Source: an uncultured Gemmatimonadales bacterium
GTDB taxonomy: Bacteria; Gemmatimonadota; Gemmatimonadetes; Longimicrobiales; RSA9
Reading direction: 5' to 3'
DNA length: 64,000 bases
Assembly (NCBI GenBank): GCA_963708135.1
Contig: OY970192.1
Location: 3,648,001-3,712,000 of the forward strand
Both the position numbers and the translations under genes were made by a program. Numbering within the stretch: the first letter of the stretch is position 1; every line of letters starts with the position of its first letter. The notes under the pieces were generated by a model, which saw only the letters and a list, made by a program, of their open reading frames with translations, was not told where the DNA came from and did not search any database. Of this stretch, positions 29,247 to 39,474 are shown piece after piece.

Positions 29247-29792
29247 ATGGCCGACATCAACATCCGCCGAAAGGGGCCGGGACCCCTCTGGTGGATGCTC
29301 GGATTGCTGGCAATCGCGGGCGTGGTGTGGTGGGTCGTCGCGGTCGCGCACCGGCGGCGGCAGGTCATCGTGACGGGCCCGAGCGCCACCCCCGCCGGGG
29401 AAGCGGGCGGCGCCGGGGCGGGCGCGGCGCCGGAGAGCACGCCGCTCGGCAGCCTCGCATCCGTCGTGCTGGTACCGGACCGGCTGGCCCTTCTCGGTCG
29501 CGAGGTGGACCTGCACCAGGTGCCGGTGCAGCAGGTGGTCGGGGAGGGGGAGTTCTGGGTCGGCCCCGGCCGCGATGAGCGACTCTTCGTGGTGCGGACC
29601 GGGCTGGCCCCGGCCGGGAGACCGGCCGGCCCGCGCCCCGGAGAGCTGGTGGACGTGCACGGCGTCGTGGAGCGCGTGCCGGAGCCACTCGACGCTCCCG
29701 GGGCGCCGTGGAGCGTGCCGCCGGGCGACACGGCCACGCTGCGGAGCGAGCGGATCTACGTGGCGGCGGACTCGATCGGCCGGCGGCCGTGA
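29247..29792 (+). CDS. Hypothetical protein with N-terminal membrane anchor
   Basis: AGGAGGAG RBS; MADINIRRKG followed by a Trp-rich hydrophobic helix; beta-rich C-terminal domain. Confidence 0.7.
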   Translation: MADINIRRKGPGPLWWMLGLLAIAGVVWWVVAVAHRRRQVIVTGPSATPAGEAGGAGAGAAPESTPLGSLASVVLVPDRLALLGREVDLHQVPVQQVVGEGEFWVGPGRDERLFVVRTGLAPAGRPAGPRPGELVDVHGVVERVPEPLDAPGAPWSVPPGDTATLRSERIYVAADSIGRRP

Positions 29793-29810
29793 GGCCGGCG
29801 CGAGCGGCGG

Positions 29811-32513
29811 CTACTCGGTCCGCAGCGCCTGGAGCGGATCGAGTCTGGCGGCCCGGCGCGCGGGCAGGTAGCTGGCCAGCGCGGCGGCGGCGAGCACCAG
29901 TACGGGCACGATCACGAACGTGAGCGGATCGAGCGGCCGCACGCCGAAGAGGAAGCCGCGCAGCAGGCGGGATGCGGCCAGCGCGCCGGCGAGCCCGAGC
30001 AGTGTGCCCAGGGCGGCGAGGGCGAGGCCGGCGCCCAGGACGAGCGCGAGCACGCCCCGGCGGGTAGCGCCCAGCGCCATGCGGATCCCCAGCTCCGACG
30101 TGCGCCGCGCCGTCGCATAGCTCAGCACGCCGTGGATGCCCACGAGCGCCAGGACCAGCGCCAGCCCGGCGAACAGCGAGAGCAGCAGCATCGTGAAGCG
30201 GCGCTCGGCCACGGAGCCGCCGAGCACGTCGTGGAGCGTCTCGACCCCGTAGACGGCGAGGCCGGGATCGGCGCCGTGGATCGCGGCGCGGAGGCCGCCG
30301 CCGAGCGCGGCCGGATCGCCGCGGCCGCGGGCGAAGACGACGCCCGCGCCGGCCGGCGCCTGCGCGATGGGCACGTATAGGGCCGGTGGGGCGGCCTCGG
30401 TCAGGCCGTGGATGCGCTCGTCGCCGACCACGCCGACCACCCGCCAGCGCGCTCCCCAGACGATGACCTCCTGGCCGAGCGGGTCCTGGTGCTGGAAGAA
30501 GCGGCGGACCGCCGTGGCGTTGAGGACGCCCGCGCGGGGCGCGTCCGGAACGTCGCCTTCGGCAAGCGTGCGGCCCCGGACGAGCGGCACGCCGAGGGTG
30601 GCGAAGTAGCCGGGCGAGACCATCCGGACGGAGATCTCCGGCCAGCTCCTCGCCTCGGCCTCCCGGCCGACTACCGCCCAGGAGTTCGTGAAGCCCGGGT
30701 CCAGCGGCGAGACGTTGGCCAGGGCCGCGGCCTGGACGCCGGGAAGCGCGCGGACGCGCTCGAGCACCGCCGCATCGAAGCGCTGGATGGCCGGCCAGCG
30801 CGGCCAGACACTGTAGTCCTCCGGGTAGCGGGTGGCCGGCAGGTCGTAGCGCGCCTGCACCACGCCGGCCGCGCGGAACCCGGGATCCACGCGCAGCACG
30901 GCGCCCAGGCTGTGCAGCAGGAGCCCGGCGCCCGTCACGAGGGTGACGGAGAGCGCGAGCTCCGCGACCACGAGCGCCTCCCGTACCCGGCGCCCCACCC
31001 GTCCCGCCGTGCCGGCGCCGCGCTCCCCGCGCAGCACCGCCACCGGGTGCATCCCCCACGCCTGCGCCAGCGGCAGCAGCCCGAAGGCCAGAGCGACGAG
31101 GAGCGAGATGGCGAACGTGGCGGCCAGCACGCGCGCATCGATCGCGACGCTCCCGAGGCGCGGCACATCCGCGGGCGCCAGCGCCACCAGCGCGCGCAAC
31201 CCGCCGTAGGCGAGGGCCACGCCGGCCGCCGAGCCGAGGGCCGCGAGCAGCAGGCTCTCGACCAGGAACTGCCGCCCAAGGCGGCCGAGCCCGGCGCCGA
31301 GCGCCGTCCGGACCGCTACCTCCCGGGCCCGGGCGGCACCGCGCGCGAGCAGGAGGTTGGCCACGTTCACGCACGCCACGACGAGCACCAGCGCCACCGC
31401 GGCGAGGAGGAGCAGCAGCGCGGGACGGACTCCGCCGAAGACCACCCGGCCGAGCGCCTCCACGTGGATGCCGCGGGCGTCGTTCACGGGATAGGCGCGC
31501 TCGAGCCGCGCCGCCAGGCCGGCCAGCTCGCGCTGCGCGCCGGCCTCCGTCGCGCCCGGCGCGAGGCGGCCGACCATGAAGAACGGGTGCGTCTCGCGCG
31601 GGTACTCGGCCTCCCCCGCCTGGAGCGGCAGCCACAGGTCGGCGGGACCGTGGTATTTCGAGGCGTAATCGGCGTGAGCGTGGATCGCGCCGAGGCCGAA
31701 CGACGCCCCCTCCGGCAGCACGCCGATCACGGTGTACGGCTCGTCCTGCACCCGGATCGTGCGGCCGACCACCGCCGGATCCGCGCCGTAGCGCTCCCGC
31801 CAGAATGCCGCCGAGAGGAGGGCCACGCGCGCCCCACCCGGCCGGGCCTCCGCGGCCGTGAACACGCGGCCGAGCAGCGGCCGGACCCCCACCACGTCGA
31901 AGTAGTCGGCGCTGGCCCGAACGAACGAAACGCGCGCCGGCTCGCCGCGCTCCGGCGTGAGCGTCCCCTCCCCGCCCGCCACGGCCGCGAGCCCGGACAG
32001 CGAGCGCGCCTCCCGCCGGTAGTCCACGAAGTCCGGCCACGACGCCGGCTCGCGGGTCGTGCCGCTGTTGCGGTCCGTCTCCCACGCGACCACCAGCCGG
32101 CCGGCATCCGCCAGCGGCATCGGGCGCAGCAGCACTCCATCCACCACGCTGAAGATCGCCGTGTTCGCACCGATGCCGAGCGCCAGCGTGAGCACGATCA
32201 CGAGCGTGAGGCCCGGCGCGCGCCCGAGGCCCCGCAGCCCGTAGCGCAGGTCCTGAACGACCCCGCTCAGCCAGTCCGCCCGCCGCTCCCTCCGCAGCAC
32301 CGCCTCGTCGATCGAGCGGCACTCGGCCCGCGCGCCCGCCAGGTCGCCGAACTCCTCCCGCGCGCGCGCCCGCGCGACCTCGCGCGAGAGGCCCCCGGCC
32401 ACCAGCTCGTCCTCCCGCGCGGCCAGGTGGAACTCCAGCTCATCCTCCACGTCGGCCCGCACATCCGGACCCCAAAGCCGGCGGTAGCGCCGCCAGATCG
32501 GCTCCTCGCCCAT
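29811..32513 (-). CDS. ADOP-type duplicated ABC permease (MacB/FtsX-like)
   Basis: [75 protein letters not shown]. Confidence 0.93.
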   Translation of the reverse strand: MGEEPIWRRYRRLWGPDVRADVEDELEFHLAAREDELVAGGLSREVARARAREEFGDLAGARAECRSIDEAVLRRERRADWLSGVVQDLRYGLRGLGRAPGLTLVIVLTLALGIGANTAIFSVVDGVLLRPMPLADAGRLVVAWETDRNSGTTREPASWPDFVDYRREARSLSGLAAVAGGEGTLTPERGEPARVSFVRASADYFDVVGVRPLLGRVFTAAEARPGGARVALLSAAFWRERYGADPAVVGRTIRVQDEPYTVIGVLPEGASFGLGAIHAHADYASKYHGPADLWLPLQAGEAEYPRETHPFFMVGRLAPGATEAGAQRELAGLAARLERAYPVNDARGIHVEALGRVVFGGVRPALLLLLAAVALVLVVACVNVANLLLARGAARAREVAVRTALGAGLGRLGRQFLVESLLLAALGSAAGVALAYGGLRALVALAPADVPRLGSVAIDARVLAATFAISLLVALAFGLLPLAQAWGMHPVAVLRGERGAGTAGRVGRRVREALVVAELALSVTLVTGAGLLLHSLGAVLRVDPGFRAAGVVQARYDLPATRYPEDYSVWPRWPAIQRFDAAVLERVRALPGVQAAALANVSPLDPGFTNSWAVVGREAEARSWPEISVRMVSPGYFATLGVPLVRGRTLAEGDVPDAPRAGVLNATAVRRFFQHQDPLGQEVIVWGARWRVVGVVGDERIHGLTEAAPPALYVPIAQAPAGAGVVFARGRGDPAALGGGLRAAIHGADPGLAVYGVETLHDVLGGSVAERRFTMLLLSLFAGLALVLALVGIHGVLSYATARRTSELGIRMALGATRRGVLALVLGAGLALAALGTLLGLAGALAASRLLRGFLFGVRPLDPLTFVIVPVLVLAAAALASYLPARRAARLDPLQALRTE

Positions 32514-32520
32514 GCCCTCC

Positions 32521-32856
32521 TCAGGCCGCCTGCTCGGTGGCGTTCAGGACCCGCCCGATCAGCTCGACGTAGCGCGCCCACCCCTCCGTCTCCGCCACCA
32601 GCGCCTTCCGACCCGCCGCCGTCAGCCGGTAGTAGCGCGCCCGCCGGTTGTTCTCGCTCAGCCCCCATTCCGCCGACACCAGCCCCCGCGCTGCCAGCCG
32701 GTGCAGCGCCGGATAGAGCGCCGCGTCCTCCACCCGCAGCGCGTCGTCCGTCGCCCGCCGCAGCCACCCCAGCACCGCGTACCCGTGCATCGGCCCCCAC
32801 GTCAGCGCCTTCAGGACGAGCATGTCGAGGGTGCCCTGGACCAGGTCGAGCTTCAT
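32521..32856 (-). CDS. PadR-family transcriptional regulator (acidobacterial type)
   Basis: [39 protein letters not shown]. Confidence 0.93.
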   Translation of the reverse strand: MKLDLVQGTLDMLVLKALTWGPMHGYAVLGWLRRATDDALRVEDAALYPALHRLAARGLVSAEWGLSENNRRARYYRLTAAGRKALVAETEGWARYVELIGRVLNATEQAA

Positions 32857-32865
32857 GGGTTGCTC

Positions 32866-32915
32866 CACTAAAGGATTTAGTGAAGAGGATGCGATGGAAG
32901 GGAGGGCGATGTCAA
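32866..32915 (-). promoter_or_regulatory. Sigma70-type promoter and palindromic operator upstream of padR
   Basis: TTGACA (32915-32910), 18-nt spacer, CATCCT (32891-32886); perfect inverted repeat CACTAAA-GGA-TTTAGTG at 32866-32882. Confidence 0.65.
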
Positions 32916-33016
32916 GGGGAACGGGCGGGGGCGGGAGCCGGGGGTCGGGCACTGAACCGGCGGGCGGGCAGAGGGGCACGGCCACGAGTGCGGGCGCCGT
33001 ACCGAGGGGCATGGCA

Positions 33017-34195
33017 TCAGCGCAGGAGGTCGAGCATCCGCTTCTGGATGTCGCGCAGGGCGGTGTCGTTGCCGGTGTTGATGACGGCCATGATGGCGTC
33101 CTTTCGGGCGGGGTCCAGCCAGTAGAAGGCGCGGAACCCGGCCTGGCTGCCGGTGTGGCCGATGAGGGTCTGGCCGTGCCGGTGGACGACCATGTAGCCG
33201 AGGGCCATGGAGGCGTCGTCGCCTCCCTCGTCGTCGGTCATGCGGACGACGGGGGTCCACATCTCCCGGAGGGTCGAGCGGGGGGCGACGAGCGCGTAGC
33301 GGTGGGCGAGCGCGGAGTCGCCGTGCGTGAAATCGAGGAGGAAGAGGGTGTAGCGGGCGAGATCCGAGAGGGGTGCGTTCCATCCGCCGTTGGGGATGGT
33401 GATGCCGGGATCGAAGTCGCGCCCGTTCTCGACCACGGAATCGCGGCGGGTCGTGGTGTCGCGGACGATGTCGTAGTTGTTGGATCGGTCCGGCTCGAGG
33501 TAGTACGGGGTGACGCCGAAGTAGCTGCTGTCGAGGTGGAGCGGCGCGAGGATGTTCTTGTGGACGTAGGTCTCCCAGGGGTCGCCGGTGAGCGCCTCGA
33601 TGATGCGGGCCAGATAGATGTAGCCGGGGTTGGAGTAGCCGAAGCGGGACCCGGGCCTGAAGTGCAGCTCCTGGTACGGCATCATGGCGACGAGCTGATT
33701 CCAGGTGGTGGGCTCGAAGGGCTCCCACGGCTTGCCGGCCTTGTAGGGCCAGGTCGGGTCCTGAAACCCGGCGGAGTGGGACAGCAGCATGCGGACGGTG
33801 ATGCTGTCGATCATTCCGTACGGGTCGTGGACGCGGCGCAGCTCCGGGACCCAGTGGGTGACCCTGTCATCGAGCGAGAGCCTGCCGCGGTCGCGCAGCT
33901 GCAGGATCGAGAGGGCGGTGAGGCTCTTGGTGATGGAGCCGTAATGGAAGATGGTGCTGGCGTCCACCGGCTGGCCGCGCCCGCGATCGGCGAGGCCGTG
34001 CTCGTGGCGCGCGACGATGCGACCGCCGCGGATGAGGAGCGCGCTCCCGCCGACCACGCGCCCGCTGTCCAGCCGGGCATCGAAGTAGCGCGTGAAGGCG
34101 GACCACTCCGGCGGCGGCGCGCCGGCGGGGCTCTTCTGGGCCTGCAGGGACGCACCGGCGAGGACCAGCGCGAGGGCGAGGCAGAGCGATCGCAT
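33017..34195 (-). CDS. Secreted serine hydrolase, beta-lactamase/AmpC-like family
   Basis: Signal peptide; SITK (SxxK); LLSHSAG; YSN; GHTGS. Confidence 0.9.
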   Translation of the reverse strand: MRSLCLALALVLAGASLQAQKSPAGAPPPEWSAFTRYFDARLDSGRVVGGSALLIRGGRIVARHEHGLADRGRGQPVDASTIFHYGSITKSLTALSILQLRDRGRLSLDDRVTHWVPELRRVHDPYGMIDSITVRMLLSHSAGFQDPTWPYKAGKPWEPFEPTTWNQLVAMMPYQELHFRPGSRFGYSNPGYIYLARIIEALTGDPWETYVHKNILAPLHLDSSYFGVTPYYLEPDRSNNYDIVRDTTTRRDSVVENGRDFDPGITIPNGGWNAPLSDLARYTLFLLDFTHGDSALAHRYALVAPRSTLREMWTPVVRMTDDEGGDDASMALGYMVVHRHGQTLIGHTGSQAGFRAFYWLDPARKDAIMAVINTGNDTALRDIQKRMLDLLR

Positions 34196-34273
34196 CGGGT
34201 TGGCTCCGGGGGTGTGGGTGAAGCGGGCAAGATGGCCCGGGGCTACCGGGCCGGCAACAGGCGGAGGGCAGGG

Positions 34274-34420
34274 GGTGCACAACCCGCCGCTGGAGGCCCG
34301 GCGGCGTGCGGAGGCGGATCTGGTCGGTGGGCGCGCGGGGGCGACGGTGCACAACCCGCCGCTGGAGGCCCGGCGGCGTGCGGCCGGCGAGTCTTGCTGT
34401 TCAGGGCGGCACAACCCGCC
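34274..34420. repeat. 38-bp palindromic direct repeat x2 plus partial third copy, with unique interspaces
   Basis: GGTGCACAACCCGCCGCTGGAGGCCCGGCGGCGTGCGG at 34274 and 34346; GCACAACCCGCC again at 34409. Confidence 0.8.
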
Positions 34421-34610
34421 ACGCGCTGCTCCGCGGGGGATCGAGCGGCGGATCGTGACCGTAATGCGTGCGCAAGTCGCCTCTCGTTTCCCCGCTCGCC
34501 ACGACTGGCGAATTCTGCACCTCCCGGCGCGGAGGATCGGGGAGCAGGTGCCGAGGGCAGACGAGGCCTCGAGGATAGCTGCGACGTGGACGGGCCCGCT
34601 CACGTGGAGT

Positions 34611-34768
34611 GGCGGCGGATCTTCCCCGCGCGCGGCGCTGTACCCGGCGCCGTCCATGTCTACGGGACCAGGGGCGGGGGATCTTCCCCGCGCGCTGCGC
34701 TGTACCCGGCACCGTCCATGTCTACGGCACCAGCGGCGGGGGATCTTCACCGCGCGCGGCGCTGTACC
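34611..34768. repeat. 62-bp tandem repeat, about 2.5 copies
   Basis: GATCTTC anchors at 34618, 34680 and 34742; units are near-identical and contain a GCGGGG..CCCCGC-type hairpin. Confidence 0.85.
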
Positions 34769-34863
34769 AACGGCCTGACGTTGGGGCGGCGAGAGGCATC
34801 CCTGTCTCCCGCATGCGGGCCGCCAGCGGGGCGGCGAACGGAACCTCGGGAAAGAGAAGCGAG

Positions 34864-35553
34864 ATGCGGACGAAGTGGCAGATCCTCACGGCTGCGGCGC
34901 TGGTGGCGCCGCTCGCCGCGTGCGCGCCGAAGGCGACGGTGACTCCGCCGGACGGGGTGGATCTGAGCGGGACGTGGGTGCTGAACCGCGAGGCGAGCCG
35001 CCTCGGCGGGGAGGGTGGGAGCCAGGCGGTGCGGGGGGAGCGTGGCGAGCGCCCGGGCGGCGAAGGCGGCGAGGGCGGCGAGGGCGGCGAGGGAGGCGAG
35101 GGAGGTCGGGGCGGCAGGCGCGGCGGCGGCTGGGGGCGGGGCGGGGCTGAAGGCGGGCGGGGCGGGTACGGTCCGGGCGGCGGGATGGAGGGGATCCGCG
35201 AGGCAATGTCGTCGGCGCGGCCGTCGCCGCGGCTGGTGATCGTGCAGCGGGACTCTTCGGTCGAGGTGGACGCGCAGGACGACATCCCGCTCGACCTGGT
35301 GCCGGACGGCAGGACGCGGCCGGCGGCCGAGCGTCATGGGTCCGAGGTGAAGGAGCGGGATGTGAAGGCGCGCTGGAAGGACGGTGCGCTGGTAGTGGAG
35401 GAGTCGATGCCGGGCGGGCTGACGGTGGTGCGCCGCTACGAGCATCCGCGGGGATCGCCACGGCTGATCGTGGAGACGGAGGTGAAGGGGGCGCCGCGCG
35501 CCATGAAGCTCGTGTCCGCCTACGACGCGGCGCGGTCGAAGGCCGGCTCCTGA
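34864..35553 (+). CDS. Hypothetical lipoprotein with Gly/Glu/Arg low-complexity insert
   Basis: Lipobox LAAC; DLSGTWVLNREAS beta-barrel-like start; (GGE)n and RGG-rich insert. Confidence 0.75.
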   Translation: MRTKWQILTAAALVAPLAACAPKATVTPPDGVDLSGTWVLNREASRLGGEGGSQAVRGERGERPGGEGGEGGEGGEGGEGGRGGRRGGGWGRGGAEGGRGGYGPGGGMEGIREAMSSARPSPRLVIVQRDSSVEVDAQDDIPLDLVPDGRTRPAAERHGSEVKERDVKARWKDGALVVEESMPGGLTVVRRYEHPRGSPRLIVETEVKGAPRAMKLVSAYDAARSKAGS

Positions 35554-35662
35554 GGGCGGCCTTGAGCCGACCGCCCGCCGCCGCGAGATTGGGGGGTGTC
35601 GATATCGTGAACGGACGGGGCCTCGCGACTGGCGTCGCGGTGCCCCCGCGGGGCGGTGAAGC

Positions 35663-36220
35663 ATGACGGCTCGGTCGAAGGACTGGATCATCCGTGCGGC
35701 GGGGCTCGCCGCGCTGCTGGCGGGAGTGGGCTTCGTGCTGCTCCGGCCGCCGCAGCTGCGTCCCGCGGCGTCGGGCGCGGCACGCGCACCGGCGTTCACG
35801 GCGCCGACGCTCCTCGGCGACACCGTCTCGCTGACGCAGTTTCGCGGCCGTGTGGTGGTGCTGAACTTCTGGGCCACGTGGTGCGGCCCGTGCAAGATGG
35901 AGATCCCCGCCCTGCAGCGCCTGTACCGGGAGATGGGGCCGCGCGGCCTCGCCGTGGTCGCGGTCAGCGAGGATGAGGACCCGCCCGGGAAGTCGCCGGT
36001 GAAGGACATCGGCAGCTTCGCGGTCACGCGGGGGATGACCTTCCCGATCCTGCTCGATCCCACCGGCCGCATCCAGGACCTGTACGGCGTGCGCGGGATC
36101 CCCACCACCTTCCTGCTCGACCGGGACGGCCGCGTCATCCGGCAGGTGATCGGCCCGGCCGCCTGGGACAGCCCGCCGTACAGCCAGCAGATCAGTCAGC
36201 TGCTGGCCGGCGGCCGCTGA
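35663..36220 (+). CDS. TlpA/ResA-family thiol-disulfide oxidoreductase
   Basis: N-terminal anchor; VVVLNFWATWCGPCKMEIP; GIPTTFLLD. Confidence 0.92.
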   Translation: MTARSKDWIIRAAGLAALLAGVGFVLLRPPQLRPAASGAARAPAFTAPTLLGDTVSLTQFRGRVVVLNFWATWCGPCKMEIPALQRLYREMGPRGLAVVAVSEDEDPPGKSPVKDIGSFAVTRGMTFPILLDPTGRIQDLYGVRGIPTTFLLDRDGRVIRQVIGPAAWDSPPYSQQISQLLAGGR

Positions 36221-36242
36221 TCGCCCCGGCGCGGGGGGGCCC

Positions 36243-37254
36243 TCAACGCTGCCGCCCCGCCTTCGTACGGTACGGCAGGTCCGCCGGTGGATCGCCGTTC
36301 GGCCAGTCGTTCACCTTCGGCGCGAAGTCCGGACGGGGGCGCGAGTCGAACGAAAGCCGCCACGTCCACGGCCTGCTGGTCGCTCAGCGTGCCCGGGTGG
36401 TCGAAGGGCATGTTCGCACGGATGAAGCCGGCCGCCGTGCGCGGCCGCGCCATGCCGGCGCCGATATTGAAGGAGCGCGGTCCCCAGAGCGGCGGCGCGA
36501 GCTCCGTCCCCTGTCCCTCCGGCCCGTGGCAGCGCGCGCACACGGTGGCGAACGTCCGCGCGCCGGCCGCCGTATCCGCCTCGAGCGCCGGAAGCTTCCG
36601 GAGCCCCTGCCCCTCGACCCGCGCGCCGACCGGCACCCCCGTCGAGAGCCACGCAATGTAGGAGACGATGTCCCTCATGGCGGGATCGTCCACCGCCAGC
36701 GCCTTTCCGCTCATGCTCCGCTGGAAGCACCCGTTGATCCGCTCCTCCAGCGTGATCACACGCGCGCCGCGGCTCCTGTACTGGGGAAACTGTCCGTAGA
36801 CGCCCGCCCACGGCGAGGACCACGCCCGCCGGCCCTCGTCCAGGTGGCAGCTCACGCACCGCAGCCCGTTCCCCACGTGGCCCGGCAGGCTGTCGCGCGT
36901 CGCCAGCAGGATCGCCCGGCCCCGCCGGATCGACGCCCCCAGCGGGCCGCCGGGAATCGCCGACAGCGGCGGCGGCCGGAGCGGCACCACCCCGGGCGCC
37001 GCCGCCGGCGCCGGGCTGCCCCCGGCGACCGCCCTCTCCCCACCGTCCGGCGCCGCAGCCGCGGCCGCCGCTCCGGCCGCGGAGTCGGAGGATACCCCGG
37101 TCCCGGCGGGCGCGGCGCGTCCGCACGCGGCGAGCAATGGAACGAGCATCGAGAGGAGGATCCCGCAGGCGGCGGGGCGGGCGCCACACGGGCGGAGGCC
37201 GGAGCCGCAGCGCCGGCCGGCCCGGCGAGGCCCGCTCGGAATGGATCGAGTCAT
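36243..37254 (-). CDS. TsdA-like diheme cytochrome c lipoprotein; apparent +1 frameshift at about 36349
   Basis: CVSCH; ERINGCFQRSMSG; CARCH; PPLWG...SFNIGAGM; NMP. A plausible native tail SRPRPDFAPKVNDWPNG lies in another frame (stop 36243). Start uncertain. Confidence 0.8.
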
Positions 37255-37515
37255 CGGAAAGTCCCGGGGCTCGGTGGACGGGGGGAAACCGGGCGCCGCC
37301 CCGAGCACTCGTGCCCGCGGCGCGACGTGTCGCCCGGCCGCCGGCACCCAAGATCGATGCGTCGCGTTCGTCGGCGCAACCGTCGCCGCCGGAGGGGCTC
37401 CGCGTGCAATCTCCTGCACGGTCATGCAGTCGATTGCGTGCAGCCGGCTGCACGGTCGCTCTCGCAGGATCGGCGTAATGTGTTGGGGGAGAATGGATTC
37501 CAGGCGACGGCCGGC

Positions 37516-37530
37516 CGGCCCGCGGCTTGC
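37516..37530 (+). promoter_or_regulatory. Putative sigma54 (-24/-12) promoter of the Rieske operon
   Basis: CGGCCCG-CGGC-TTGC has exact GG-N10-GC spacing; TGCA-N6-TGC(A/G) motifs about 80-110 bp upstream could be activator sites. Confidence 0.6.
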
Positions 37531-37597
37531 CCATGGTTCACGGCGTATTCGCGGCACTACTGGGGCCCGCGATGGGAAATGGGGCCAGGAGAGCAGG

Positions 37598-38080
37598 ATG
37601 GAGAAGGACACGGGCCGGGGTTCGTGCGAGAGATGTGGCGGGGTGACGCGCCGGGAGGCGCTGGCGGCCGCGGCGAAGGCGATGTTCGGGGTAACGGTGG
37701 TGGGCATCGCCCTTCCTGCGCTGGAGGGGTGCGGCGTGGGCAGCCTCACGGGGCTGGGCGGCGGGCCGACGGCGACGCAGTTCGACGTGACCCGGCTGAC
37801 GCAGGATGGTCAGGCGCTGGTGACGTCGGCGAACGGGCCGGACGGCGCGCCGGTGCTGATTGTCCGGGAGGCGGCGGACAGCTTCCTGGCGCTGTCGATG
37901 ATGTGCACGCATGCGGCGTGCATCGTCGGCGCGCCGAGGAGCGGGGTGCTTACGTGTCCCTGCCACGGCTCGCAGTACGACATGAAGGGGCAGGTGCTGC
38001 GCGGGCCGGCGTTCCGGCCGCTGGCGCGGTACTCGGTGACGTACAATGCGGCGACGAACATGGTGACGATCTCGGCGTGA
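37598..38080 (+). CDS. Tat-exported Rieske [2Fe-2S] protein, probable lipoprotein
   Basis: TRREAL Tat motif; LEGC; CTHAAC and CPCHGS (disulfide Cys present). Confidence 0.88.
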   Translation: MEKDTGRGSCERCGGVTRREALAAAAKAMFGVTVVGIALPALEGCGVGSLTGLGGGPTATQFDVTRLTQDGQALVTSANGPDGAPVLIVREAADSFLALSMMCTHAACIVGAPRSGVLTCPCHGSQYDMKGQVLRGPAFRPLARYSVTYNAATNMVTISA

Positions 38081-38105
38081 GGCGGGCCGTGGAAGGGGGC
38101 TGTCA

Positions 38106-38909
38106 ATGGTAGGGGTGCTCGTGGCGGCGATGGTGCTGGCGGCTCCGGACACGGGCCGGGTGGCGCCGGTTGCGGGGCGGGTGGGGAGCGCGCCGGAGGC
38201 GGTGGTGGCGGCGGAGGCGGTGGACCGTGCGGCGCCGGCCGGGGAAGCGGCGTCGCCGGCGGCGCGAAACCTCGCGGCGCGGCCGGTGCCGCGCTTCGGG
38301 GCGACGGAATCGTGGCCGGCGCTGCTCACGGCGGGCGGGGCGGGCGACGCCGCGGCTGCGACGGCGCTGCCGGATGTGGGTCCGGCGCCGGCGGACACGC
38401 CGGTGACGAAGCGGAAGCGGCCGGTGCTGGTGGACTACTCGGACGCTTACTACACGCGGCTCAAGATCCACAAGATCGCGAGCTACGTGATGCTGCCGCT
38501 GTTCGGGCTCGAGTACTACTCGGGCACGCAGCTGTACAACAAGGGGCTGGCGGCGCCGCGGTGGGTGAGGGACGTGCATCGCCCGGTGGCCACGGCGATG
38601 GCGGGGCTGTTCTTGGTGAACACGGTGACGGGTGTGTGGAACCTATGGGAGGGGCGGAAGGATCCCGAGGCCCGCGGGTGGCGTACTGCACACGGGGTGC
38701 TGATGCTGCTGGCGGATGCGGGGTTCGTGGCGACGGGGCTGACGGCCCCGCACGAGCACCGGGAATCGGGCGTGTTCGGCCCGGGCTCCCCGCTGGAAGG
38801 AGAGGGCAGCCATGGCAACCCGCGGCTGCACAAGGAGATCGCGATTTCGTCAATGGGAGTGGCGATGGTGAGCTGGATCATGATGCTGCCGCCGTTCCGG
38901 AGGGATTGA
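38106..38909 (+). CDS. Membrane protein with four His-initiated helices (cytochrome b-like, tentative)
   Basis: Signal peptide and Ala/Pro linker, then KIHK, DVHR, TAHG and RLHK each at the start of a hydrophobic segment. Confidence 0.65.
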   Translation: MVGVLVAAMVLAAPDTGRVAPVAGRVGSAPEAVVAAEAVDRAAPAGEAASPAARNLAARPVPRFGATESWPALLTAGGAGDAAAATALPDVGPAPADTPVTKRKRPVLVDYSDAYYTRLKIHKIASYVMLPLFGLEYYSGTQLYNKGLAAPRWVRDVHRPVATAMAGLFLVNTVTGVWNLWEGRKDPEARGWRTAHGVLMLLADAGFVATGLTAPHEHRESGVFGPGSPLEGEGSHGNPRLHKEIAISSMGVAMVSWIMMLPPFRRD

Positions 38910-38913
38910 AGCA

Positions 38914-39411
38914 ATGCTGTTCTTGAACGCGCTGGCCACGACGCTGCGGCCGTGGTCGGACCTGTACAACGGAAGCGCGCTGGTGTCGGACGGGGTGACG
39001 TTCGCTCACCTGGGCGGGATGCTGGTCGCGGGCGGCTTCGCGGTGGCGGCGGACCGGACGGTACTCCGGTCGGGCCGGGCTCCCGAGGGGGACCGTTCGT
39101 TCGTGCTGCGGGAGCTCCGGGACGTGCACCGGCCGGTCCTCTGGGGGCTCGCTGTGGTGCTGCTCTCCGGCCTCGCGATGATGCTCTCGGACGTGCGGAC
39201 CTTCCTGCCCTCGTGGGTTTTCTGGGCGAAGATGGCCCTGATCGGGCTTCTGCTGCTGAACGGGCTGACGCTGGAGCGGGCGGAGCGGCGGCTGGCGGCG
39301 GACCCGCTGGAGCGGACCGCCTGGCGGCGGCTGCGGCGGGCGTCGCTGCGGAGTGGAGGGCTGTGGATTCTGACGGTGCTGTTCGGGGTGCTGCTGACGT
39401 CGGCCGGCTGA
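38914..39411 (+). CDS. Four-TM membrane protein (DUF2214/DUF6644-like, tentative)
   Basis: FAHLGGMLVAGG; LSGLAM; FWAKMALIGLLLLNG. Confidence 0.65.
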   Translation: MLFLNALATTLRPWSDLYNGSALVSDGVTFAHLGGMLVAGGFAVAADRTVLRSGRAPEGDRSFVLRELRDVHRPVLWGLAVVLLSGLAMMLSDVRTFLPSWVFWAKMALIGLLLLNGLTLERAERRLAADPLERTAWRRLRRASLRSGGLWILTVLFGVLLTSAG

Positions 39412-39474
39412 GGCGGCGGGGGTGCGGGCGCCGCCCGCGCGCCGCGTGAGAAGAGGACATGGACGAGCCGAGGG

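Noticed and set aside
34611..34768. 62-bp repeat as a degenerate second I-E array
   Set aside because: Whole units are repeated with no unique spacers, and the hairpin arms are in the opposite order to the I-E repeat.
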